Of a stretch of DNA of 64,000 nucleotides, positions 56,036 to 64,000 are shown one piece after another. The DNA lies in contig JAUSPN010000028.1 of NCBI GenBank assembly GCA_030656555.1, forward strand, positions 2,630 to 66,629, in the 5' to 3' direction. A model generated the notes under the pieces. That model ran no database searches, was not told the origin of the DNA, and saw only the letters and a program-made list of their open reading frames with translations. The translations under genes were made by a program, and so were the position numbers. The stretch comes from Candidatus Desulfaltia sp. GTDB taxonomy: Bacteria > Desulfobacterota > Desulfobacteria > Desulfobacterales > ETH-SRB1. Within the stretch, counting starts at the first letter, position 1, and every line of letters starts with the position of its first letter.

Positions 56036-59000
56036 ATGTCGAAACGCACAGACATACATAAGATTCTTATAATTGGAGCCGGTCCCATCATCATAAGCCA
56101 GGCTTGTGAGTTTGATTACTCAGGTACTCAGGCGTGCAAAGCCTTAAAAGAGGAAGGTTATGAGGTTGTTCTCGTCAACAGCAATCCCGCAACGATTATG
56201 ACCGATCCTGAAATGGCGGATAAAACCTATATCGAGCCTGTTACACCGGAGATAGTTGCGATGGTAATCGAAAGGGAGCGGCCGGATGCTTTGCTTCCGA
56301 CCCTGGGCGGCCAGACAGGGCTTAATACAGCCGTAGAAGTTGCAAAGATGGGCGTGCTCGACAAATTTGGTGTTGAGATGATCGGAGCATCGATCGAATC
56401 CATAAAAAAGGCTGAAGACAGGGACCTTTTCCGAAATTCAATGGAGAGGATAGGGCTTCGCACACCCAAAAGCGGGATAGCAACAGATATGGCGCAGGTC
56501 TCAGCCATAGCAGATGAGATTGGATTTCCGATCATTGTTCGGCCAAGCTTCACCCTTGGAGGAACAGGGGGCGGTGTTGCCTATAATTCCGAAGACCTGG
56601 AAAACCTATCCAAAACAGGGATGGACGCGAGTTTAATCGGGCAGATAATGCTTGAGGAATCTGTGTTAGGCTGGAAAGAATATGAACTTGAGGTCATGCG
56701 GGACAAGAATGATAATGTTGTTATTGTATGCTCCATAGAGAATATGGATCCCATGGGCATACACACGGGCGACAGTATTACGGTCGCTCCGATCCAGACC
56801 TTAAGCGATAAAGAATACCAGGTAATGAGGAATGCCTCTATTGCAATCATGCGTGAAATAGGGGTTGATACCGGAGGCTCAAATGTACAGTTTGCCGTTA
56901 ATCCTGAAAACGGGGAAATGATTGTTGTTGAGATGAATCCAAGGGTTTCGAGAAGCAGCGCTCTTGCTTCAAAAGCCACAGGTTTTCCTATTGCCAAAAT
57001 AGCCGCTAAACTGGCCGTGGGATATACTCTTGATGAAATCCCAAACGACATTACAGGAAAGACCCTTGCGTCCTTTGAACCGGCCCTTGATTACTGCGTA
57101 GTCAAAATACCGCGATGGACTTTTGAAAAATTTCCTGAAACCAAAGATTTCCTTACCACGGCCATGAAATCTGTGGGTGAAACAATGGCCATCGGCAGAA
57201 CATTTAAGGAAGCTCTGCAGAAAGCTTTAAGATCACTTGAAACAGGACGTTACGGTTTGGGCGCTGATGGTAAGGATATCAAGGGATTATCTTTGAATCA
57301 AATCCAGCAGAAACTCGCAACACCAAATTCCGAAAGAATTTTTTATATTCGTTATGCTCTTATTAAAGGAATGTCGATTCAATCTATTTATGGGTTAACC
57401 CGCATTGATCCATGGTTTCTGTATCAGCTTAAGCAAATAGTTGAACTTGAACAGGAGATTGCCTCGACCCTCAAAACAATGAATAGTGAAACTTCAATTT
57501 CGCTGTTAAAGAAAGCAAAGTCGTGGGGTTTTTCAGACATACAGATAGCCTGTCTTACAGATTCCAGTGAACAAAGTGTGGAGAAAAACCGCAATGCCCT
57601 CGGCATACATCCTGTTTACAAGCTTGTTGATACATGCGCAGCAGAATTCAAAGCATCAACACCATATTACTATTCCACTTATGAAACGGAAAGCGAAGCA
57701 AGGGTTTCTGATAAAAAAAAGGTGATAATTTTAGGGGGCGGCCCAAACAGGATCGGCCAGGGGATTGAATTCGATTATTGTTGCGTCCATGCTTCTTTTG
57801 CGCTCAGGGAAGAAGGTGTCGAAAGCATAATGGTAAACAGTAATCCGGAAACTGTGAGCACCGATTATGACACATCCGACAAGCTCTATTTTGAACCGCT
57901 TACAAAGGAGGATGTGCTGCACATTGTTGAGACTGAAAAGCCAATGGGGGTGATTATTCAGTTTGGAGGGCAGACCCCGTTAAATCTCGCCGTTCCTTTG
58001 GCCAAGGCCGGCGTCCCCATATTGGGTACACAGCCGGAAAGTATTGATCGCGCTGAAGATCGGGAGCTTTTTCAGGCCATGTTAAACAAGCTGGGCCTTG
58101 TTCAGCCTGCAAACGGCACTGCTGTTGATGTTGAAGAGGCTGTAGCCGTTGCGGAAAAGATCGGATATCCTGTGATTGTCAGACCTTCCTATGTGCTTGG
58201 CGGAAGGGCGATGAAGATAGTATATGATCGGAAGGATCTGGAAAATTTTACAAGGCTTGCTATCCTGGCATCTCCGGAGCATCCGGTGCTGATAGACAAG
58301 TTTCTGGAAGATGCTGTTGAGGTTGATGTGGATGCAATTTCAGATGGAAAGACAACCATTATCGGCGGTATTATGGAGCATATTGAAGAGGCCGGCGTCC
58401 ATTCAGGAGATTCGGCCTGTGTTCTTCCCACGTACAGCCTGAATACCGATACTCTGAAAGAAATAGCAAGCGCTACAAAAGCCATGGCGGCGGAATTAAA
58501 TGTTATAGGTTTGATGAACGTGCAGTATGCTATTAAGGATGATCGTATATATGTACTCGAAGTAAATCCAAGGGCCTCAGGAACAATTCCGTTTGTCAGC
58601 AAGGCAACGGGTGTGCCCCTTGCAAAGCTTGCCACAAAGGTTATGCTTGGTCGTAGCTTAAACGAACTTGGTTTTACCTGTGAAAGAATTCCCGATCATG
58701 TTTCAGTGAAGGAGGCTGTGCTTCCGTTTAACAGGTTTCCTGATGTGGACACACTTCTTGGGCCTGAGATGAAATCAACCGGAGAGGTCATGGGGATAGG
58801 ATCAACATTCGGGTCTGCTTATGCAAAGGCACAGATCGCGGCTGGACAGAATCTACCTGTTTCTGGAACAGTTTTTATCAGCGTAAAGGATAGTGATAAA
58901 GAGGCAGCCCTTTCCGTTGCTTCTCAATATAGCGACATAGGTTTTACGATTATGGCAACCTGCGGAACTTCATTATTCCTGGCTAAACACGGAATAAAAA

Positions 59001-59257
59001 ATAAAATGATAAACAAGGTTTCTCTTGGTCGCCCGCATGTCGTTGATGCAATCAAGAACAAAGAGATTCAACTGGTTATAAATACAGGTTCAGGAGGAGA
59101 AACCAAACATGACGGGTATGATATAAGGCGAGCTACCATCAAACATAATATACCTTATGCCACAACAGTAGCCGGCGCAATAGCCATGTGCAGGGGAATA
59201 ACGGCAATAAAAAGAAAAAAATTTTCTGTTAAATCGATTCAGGAGTATAACAATTAA
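56036..59257 (+). CDS. carB: carbamoyl-phosphate synthase large subunit
   Basis: 1073 aa with duplicated ATP-grasp halves ([24 protein letters not shown]; [24 protein letters not shown]) and a C-terminal MGS-like domain. Confidence 0.95.
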   Translation: MSKRTDIHKILIIGAGPIIISQACEFDYSGTQACKALKEEGYEVVLVNSNPATIMTDPEMADKTYIEPVTPEIVAMVIERERPDALLPTLGGQTGLNTAVEVAKMGVLDKFGVEMIGASIESIKKAEDRDLFRNSMERIGLRTPKSGIATDMAQVSAIADEIGFPIIVRPSFTLGGTGGGVAYNSEDLENLSKTGMDASLIGQIMLEESVLGWKEYELEVMRDKNDNVVIVCSIENMDPMGIHTGDSITVAPIQTLSDKEYQVMRNASIAIMREIGVDTGGSNVQFAVNPENGEMIVVEMNPRVSRSSALASKATGFPIAKIAAKLAVGYTLDEIPNDITGKTLASFEPALDYCVVKIPRWTFEKFPETKDFLTTAMKSVGETMAIGRTFKEALQKALRSLETGRYGLGADGKDIKGLSLNQIQQKLATPNSERIFYIRYALIKGMSIQSIYGLTRIDPWFLYQLKQIVELEQEIASTLKTMNSETSISLLKKAKSWGFSDIQIACLTDSSEQSVEKNRNALGIHPVYKLVDTCAAEFKASTPYYYSTYETESEARVSDKKKVIILGGGPNRIGQGIEFDYCCVHASFALREEGVESIMVNSNPETVSTDYDTSDKLYFEPLTKEDVLHIVETEKPMGVIIQFGGQTPLNLAVPLAKAGVPILGTQPESIDRAEDRELFQAMLNKLGLVQPANGTAVDVEEAVAVAEKIGYPVIVRPSYVLGGRAMKIVYDRKDLENFTRLAILASPEHPVLIDKFLEDAVEVDVDAISDGKTTIIGGIMEHIEEAGVHSGDSACVLPTYSLNTDTLKEIASATKAMAAELNVIGLMNVQYAIKDDRIYVLEVNPRASGTIPFVSKATGVPLAKLATKVMLGRSLNELGFTCERIPDHVSVKEAVLPFNRFPDVDTLLGPEMKSTGEVMGIGSTFGSAYAKAQIAAGQNLPVSGTVFISVKDSDKEAALSVASQYSDIGFTIMATCGTSLFLAKHGIKNKMINKVSLGRPHVVDAIKNKEIQLVINTGSGGETKHDGYDIRRATIKHNIPYATTVAGAIAMCRGITAIKRKKFSVKSIQEYNN

Positions 59258-59269
59258 GGTAATAATATA

Positions 59270-60682
59270 ATGGAAAGATACCTGGAAAAACCCCGGGAAG
59301 CATGTGGACTGTTTGGCCTTTGCGGTTATCCTGAAGCAGCCAGGATTACATATTTTGGTTTGTATGCTCTCCAGCACAGGGGGCAAGAAAGCGCCGGCAT
59401 AGCAACAGCCAACAACAAAAACATCACAGCGCACAAGGGAATGGGGCTTGTGCCTGATGTATTTGAGAATATCCATCTGGAACAATTAAAGGGTGAAAGC
59501 GCAATAGGACATGTCCGTTATTCCACAACAGGAAGTTCGATACTCTCCAACGCACAACCTTTTGTTATACATTACAGAAAAAAATCTTATGCTGTCGCCC
59601 ACAACGGCAATCTGGTAAATGCATATAGCCTGAAAAACGAGCTTGAAACAACCGGATCGATTTTTCAGACCACCACGGACAGCGAGATTTTTCTCCATCT
59701 TTTTGTAAAAAATCTGAAATCAGGCTTTGAAGGGGCCCTTGTTGAAGCTGTATCCAGGATGAAAGGCGCATTTTCTTTTATTATGCTTACAAGCCAGGGG
59801 GAGGTTGTGGGGATAAAGGATCCAAACGGTTTCAGACCCCTGTGTCTCGGAAAACTTAATGGACAATATGTGCTTGCATCGGAAACATGCGCTCTTGATC
59901 TTGTTGAGGCAAAGTTTATAAGGGAACTCGATCCCGGCGAGATAGTCATTATAGGAGAAAACGGGATAAAAAGCATAAAATCGCCTGTTACTGTAAAACG
60001 ATCATTTTGCATATTTGAATTGATTTATTTTGCAAGGCCGGATAGCACGATATTCGGGCTTAATGTTTATCAAACCAGAAAGGCGCATGGCAGATGGCTT
60101 GCTGGAGAAGCTCATGTTGACGCAGATTTTGTTATGCCCTTTCCTGACTCAGGAACTTATGCGGCTTTGGGTTATTCGGAAGCTTCCGGCATCCCCTTTG
60201 AGATGGCTATGATCCGGAATCACTATGTGGGAAGAACATTTATTCAACCAACACAGAGTATGCGTGATTTTGGTGTAAGGGTAAAACTGAATCCTGTAAA
60301 AGAGCTTTTAAAAGGCAAAGATATTATTATAGTAGACGATTCAATAATACGTGGAACCACGGTTAAAACAAGAGTAAAAGCCCTGCGTGAGTTAGGTGTA
60401 AAGCGGGTGCATATACGCGTCAGCTCCCCGCCACTTCGCTTTCCATGTCATTATGGAATAGATTTTCCGACCAAAGGTGAGTTGATAGCGGCAAATAAAT
60501 CTGTTGAAGAGCTTCGTGAGCTGCTGGGCCTGGATTCTCTTCATTATATCAGCCTTGAGGGTCTTCTTAAGTCAACCGGTATGGATAGCCCTGAGAATAA
60601 TTTCTGCAAGGCATGTTTTGATGGATGCTACCCTGTAGGATTTGATGAAAGCCTGTCAAAGGACTGTCTGGAAAGGATATAA
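59270..60682 (+). CDS. purF: amidophosphoribosyltransferase
   Basis: A short propeptide then CGLFG (Ntn Cys), the PRTase motif IIIVDDSIIRGTT and Fe-S cysteines near the C-terminus. Confidence 0.9.
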   Translation: MERYLEKPREACGLFGLCGYPEAARITYFGLYALQHRGQESAGIATANNKNITAHKGMGLVPDVFENIHLEQLKGESAIGHVRYSTTGSSILSNAQPFVIHYRKKSYAVAHNGNLVNAYSLKNELETTGSIFQTTTDSEIFLHLFVKNLKSGFEGALVEAVSRMKGAFSFIMLTSQGEVVGIKDPNGFRPLCLGKLNGQYVLASETCALDLVEAKFIRELDPGEIVIIGENGIKSIKSPVTVKRSFCIFELIYFARPDSTIFGLNVYQTRKAHGRWLAGEAHVDADFVMPFPDSGTYAALGYSEASGIPFEMAMIRNHYVGRTFIQPTQSMRDFGVRVKLNPVKELLKGKDIIIVDDSIIRGTTVKTRVKALRELGVKRVHIRVSSPPLRFPCHYGIDFPTKGELIAANKSVEELRELLGLDSLHYISLEGLLKSTGMDSPENNFCKACFDGCYPVGFDESLSKDCLERI

Positions 60683-60744
60683 TGGGTTGACGGGATGACG
60701 GTCAATAACCAAACTTAAGCAAATTTCCTTAAGTTAATGTCATT

Positions 60745-60849
60745 GACTCACTATTAACAAAAGACTAATCTGAGTATGGTGTTATAAAGTTAAGTATATC
60801 GGTAGGCTATAACCTTTGAACCTTGAACCCTGAACCTTGAACCTTGAAC
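60745..60849. repeat. his-associated repeat, copy 2, ending in 5 tandem CCTTGAA-type heptamers abutting the hisH ATG
   Basis: See the copy at 8748..8904. The tandem words AACCTTTGAACCTTGAACCCTGAACCTTGAACCTTGAAC occupy 60811..60849. Confidence 0.75.
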
Positions 60850-60850
60850 A

Positions 60851-61489
60851 ATGATTGCAATTATTGATTATAAGGCCGGCAACTTGAGCAGTGTAGAGCG
60901 TGCCCTGAAAAAATTGGGCTATGGGTGCATGATTACTCAGCGCCGAGAGGAAATCTTGAGCTGTGAAAGGATCATATTTCCGGGTGTAGGGGCAGCCGGA
61001 AAGGCCATGTACGATCTAAAGCGCCTGGGGTTGGATGAAGTGTTAAGATATGAGTTTAATGTTGGCAAGCCGATCCTTGGTATATGTCTTGGCGCTCAGA
61101 TTATTATGGAAAGGAGCCGTGAGAATGAAGCCGAGTGTTTAGGTCTCATCAAGGGAAATGTTGAGTTGTTTCCTCAGCCGCTTTTTTCTGAAGAAAAGGA
61201 TCGGCTCAAAATACCCCATATGGGCTGGAACAGCGTAAATCTGCGGAAAAAGCATCCAGTGCTGGAAGGTATCGCTCCGGAAGATGAGTTCTATTTTGTT
61301 CATGCTTATTATACTCTGCCTGCATCGGATAAATATGTGTTCGGGACGACTTGCTACGGTATAGAGTTTGCCTCTGTCATTGGCCATAAGAACCTGATAG
61401 CCATGCAATTTCATCCGGAAAAAAGCGGTAAAGCAGGGCTGAGGCTTTTAGAGAATTTTTGCACCTGGGATGGTCGCCATGCTGAGTAA
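60851..61489 (+). CDS. hisH: imidazole glycerol phosphate synthase, glutaminase subunit
   Basis: [26 protein letters not shown] (catalytic Cys), QFHPEKS. Confidence 0.9.
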   Translation: MIAIIDYKAGNLSSVERALKKLGYGCMITQRREEILSCERIIFPGVGAAGKAMYDLKRLGLDEVLRYEFNVGKPILGICLGAQIIMERSRENEAECLGLIKGNVELFPQPLFSEEKDRLKIPHMGWNSVNLRKKHPVLEGIAPEDEFYFVHAYYTLPASDKYVFGTTCYGIEFASVIGHKNLIAMQFHPEKSGKAGLRLLENFCTWDGRHAE

Positions 61490-62258
61490 AAGAATCATAC
61501 CCTGTCTTGATGTGAGAGACGGCAAAACCACCAAAGGTGTAAAGTTTCAAGGCAATATCGATATCGGCGACCCTGTGGAAATGGCCCGTTTCTACTATAA
61601 GGAAGGGGCTGATGAGATCGTTTTTTACGACATAACCGCTTCAAGCGACCGCCGGGATATTATGATAGATGTGGTGCGCCGTGTGGCCGAAGAGATCTTC
61701 ATACCATTTTCCGTGGGTGGCGGGATCAGGAATATTGAAGATATGCGCAATGTGCTTCTGGCTGGTGCGGAAAAAGTGAGCGTAAACTCTGCGGCTGTCC
61801 GAAATCCTGAAATCATCGCAGATGGCGCACGGGCCTTTGGAAGCCAGTGCATTGTGCTCGGAATGGATGTCAAAAAGGTGGAGACCTCTCGCAAAATCCC
61901 GTCGGGATATGAGATTGTTATTAATGGGGGCAGGACTTATATGGGCATTGATGCTCTTGAGTGGGCAAAACAGGCGGAAAATATGGGGGCAGGGGAGATT
62001 TGCCTTAATTCTATTGATGCAGACGGCACCCTGCAGGGTTATGAAATGGCCTTGACCCAACTCATATCTGATAATGTGAATATTCCTGTCATCGCTTCCG
62101 GCGGCGCCGGAAACATAGACCATATCTACGATGTTTTAACAAAGGGCAAGGCTGATGCCGCCCTTGTTGCTTCAATAGTTCACAATGGTACGCATACGAT
62201 AAAGGAAATCAAGGAAGCTTTGCATGTTCAGGGCGTGAAGGTTCGTATGCGCTGGTAA
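61479..62258 (+). CDS. hisF: imidazole glycerol phosphate synthase, cyclase subunit
   Basis: [15 protein letters not shown] and ASGGAG motifs. Met at 61479 preferred. Confidence 0.9.
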   Translation: MLSKRIIPCLDVRDGKTTKGVKFQGNIDIGDPVEMARFYYKEGADEIVFYDITASSDRRDIMIDVVRRVAEEIFIPFSVGGGIRNIEDMRNVLLAGAEKVSVNSAAVRNPEIIADGARAFGSQCIVLGMDVKKVETSRKIPSGYEIVINGGRTYMGIDALEWAKQAENMGAGEICLNSIDADGTLQGYEMALTQLISDNVNIPVIASGGAGNIDHIYDVLTKGKADAALVASIVHNGTHTIKEIKEALHVQGVKVRMRW

Positions 62259-62280
62259 TCGTTCTTGAAAGGAAGTAAAT

Positions 62281-63810
62281 ATGATCTTGATCATTGACTT
62301 TGGTTCCCAGTACAACCAGCTTATTGCCAGACGAGTGCGCGAGCATCATGTCTATTGCCGGATTGAACCACCCTGGATAAGCCTTGCCGAGATCAAAGCG
62401 CTGGCGCCTGAGGGGATCATCCTGTCCGGGGGCCCTGCAAGCATTTATGAAAAAAACAGCCCGCGAGTGGACATTGAAATCTTTAACCTGGGTATTCCAA
62501 TTCTTGGTATCTGTTACGGGATGCAGTACATGGCGGATGCCCTGGGAGGAGAAGTAAAGAGGGCGGAAAAGAGAGAATATGGCCTTGCCGAACTTCGAAT
62601 AAAAGATGCCACAGGCATTTTTTATGGAATTGAAAAAAAGACAAATTGCTGGATGAGCCATGGAGACACGATCACCCGCCTGCCGAAGGGTTTCAGTGTG
62701 ACGGCATCAACTGTCAGTACCGGTGTGGCGGCCACGGAAAATCCCTTAAAAAGGTTTTACGGGTTACAATTCCACCCTGAAGTTGTTCATACGCCCATGG
62801 GAAAAACAATGTTAAAGAACTTTCTGATCGACACCTGCGGGTGCAGGAAGACCTGGACAATGAAATCTTTCATCAAAGAATCGGTCAGGGAGGTAAGGGC
62901 ACTGGCTGGAGATAAGAAAGTGATTCTTGGCTTAAGCGGAGGCGTTGATTCCTCGGTTACAGCGCTTCTTCTCCATCAGGCTATTGGCAGGCAATTGATT
63001 TGCATCTTTGTCGATAACGGCCTTTTGAGGCAAGGTGAGGCAGAGCAGGTCAAGCGGCTCTTTAAGGAACACTTCAAGATGAATCTAAGATTTGTCAGCG
63101 CTAAAAGAATGTTTCTGAATCTATTAAAGGGGGTTGTTGATCCTGAAAAGAAGCGGAAGATTATCGGGCGCGCGTTTATAGAAGTCTTTGAAAAAGAGGC
63201 ACACAAACTCCAGGGTGTGAAATTTCTTGCCCAGGGAACACTTTATCCGGATATCATCGAGTCAAGATCGACCTTTGGAGGCCCAAGCGCAGTGATCAAA
63301 TCTCACCATAATGTAGGCGGGCTCCCAAAGAATATGAAGCTTAAACTTATTGAACCGCTCAAACACCTTTTCAAAGATGAAGTGCGTGTCCTCGGGAAAA
63401 AACTCGGACTTCCGGAAGATCTTATCTGGAGACAACCCTTCCCGGGTCCGGGTCTTGCTATTCGAATTATCGGTGATGTCACCCAGGCAAGGCTTTCCAT
63501 CTTAAGGAAGCTGGACACCATCCTCCTTGAGGAAATCAAGGAAAATGGCCTGTACAGGAAGCTCTGGCAGTCCTTTGCCGTGCTTCTTCCACTGAAAAGC
63601 GTTGGAATTATGGGAGACCAGAGGACTTACGAACACATTACAGCCATTCGGGCGGTAACCAGCACGGATGCCATGACCGCAGACTGGGCCAGGCTGCCTC
63701 ACTCTCTGCTCGGCAAGATCTCCAACCGCATTATTAATGAAGTAAAAGGTGTTAATCGTGTAGTCTATGACATCAGTTCCAAGCCGCCCAGCACTATTGA
63801 GTGGGAATAA
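62281..63810 (+). CDS. guaA: GMP synthase (glutamine-hydrolysing)
   Basis: GATase (GICYGMQ), PP-loop SGGVDSS and C-terminal ...PPSTIEWE. Confidence 0.95.
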   Translation: MILIIDFGSQYNQLIARRVREHHVYCRIEPPWISLAEIKALAPEGIILSGGPASIYEKNSPRVDIEIFNLGIPILGICYGMQYMADALGGEVKRAEKREYGLAELRIKDATGIFYGIEKKTNCWMSHGDTITRLPKGFSVTASTVSTGVAATENPLKRFYGLQFHPEVVHTPMGKTMLKNFLIDTCGCRKTWTMKSFIKESVREVRALAGDKKVILGLSGGVDSSVTALLLHQAIGRQLICIFVDNGLLRQGEAEQVKRLFKEHFKMNLRFVSAKRMFLNLLKGVVDPEKKRKIIGRAFIEVFEKEAHKLQGVKFLAQGTLYPDIIESRSTFGGPSAVIKSHHNVGGLPKNMKLKLIEPLKHLFKDEVRVLGKKLGLPEDLIWRQPFPGPGLAIRIIGDVTQARLSILRKLDTILLEEIKENGLYRKLWQSFAVLLPLKSVGIMGDQRTYEHITAIRAVTSTDAMTADWARLPHSLLGKISNRIINEVKGVNRVVYDISSKPPSTIEWE

Positions 63811-63813
63811 TGT

Positions 63814-64000
63814 TTAGTGCGAGAAAGACCTACGTTTTGACCGAGTTGGCGCTATACCATCTCCCAAATCAACATCAAGGACCTTTTTGTATAAGAATAT
63901 CAATGCATTCAATGCCTGTTTTTGGGTTGCGGCAGCAACATTCCTCTTTTCTGTAAGGTAGCTCAAAAACCGCTCAACTTCGTTTTTACCCATATCTTTC
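63814..64000 (-). pseudogene. N-terminal (SAM-like) fragment of an integron-type tyrosine recombinase, truncated; 5' end outside window
   Basis: Hand translation of the minus strand: KDMGKNEVERFLSYLTEKRNVAAATQKQALNALIFLYKKVLDVDLGDGIAPTRSKRRSFSH*. It resembles the IntI/XerD N-terminal domain (..EVEAFLSWLA.ER.VS.STQ.QAL.AL.FLY..VL..). The stop comes before any catalytic domain, 3 nt from guaA. Confidence 0.55.

Overview
This window looks like the chromosome of an anaerobic, Desulfobacterales-like deltaproteobacterium; that assignment is inferred from gene content only. It is mostly core metabolism on the + strand. Genes in order: iorAB-paaK with a TRAP transporter, a YcaO-TPR gene, hisB/hisA, dnaG-rpoD, Nif3/Zn-ribbon/rnpB, sufC/sufBD, an HPr-fusion protein, ispD, queC/queE and manA. 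These are followed by an aromatic amino acid operon headed by the archaeal-type aroA'/aroB' pair, glnD, a GAF-ANTAR regulator, gdhA, carAB, purF, hisHF and guaA. An accessory, defence-type island lies at roughly 24.7-39.5 kb. It holds an orphan 1014-aa membrane protein, RHH/MazF, and a type III R-M system with a frameshifted KilA-N gene between mod and res. It also holds a zeta-like ATPase cassette and a run of gene fragments: HATPase_c_4-type, KilA-N/ORF6N chimera, DUF45 and an HsdS tail. RNA genes are tRNA-Ala(CGC), a tRNA(CAU) and RNase P RNA. The main observations are: (1) a Phe/Tyr/Trp-rich leader peptide with alternative terminators ahead of aroA'; (2) a textbook ANTAR dual-hexaloop/terminator switch in the gdhA leader, next to a GAF-ANTAR gene and glnD; (3) a YcaO-TPR gene followed by an unannotated 48-aa Cys/Lys-rich ORF; (4) a decayed IS200 beside a 54-nt duplicate of the hisH 5' end; (5) a repeat found only in front of his gene starts; (6) many intergenic hairpins built from tandem short words, including a symmetric MITE-like element and inverted arrays bracketing carA. 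No CRISPR array or rRNA was seen.
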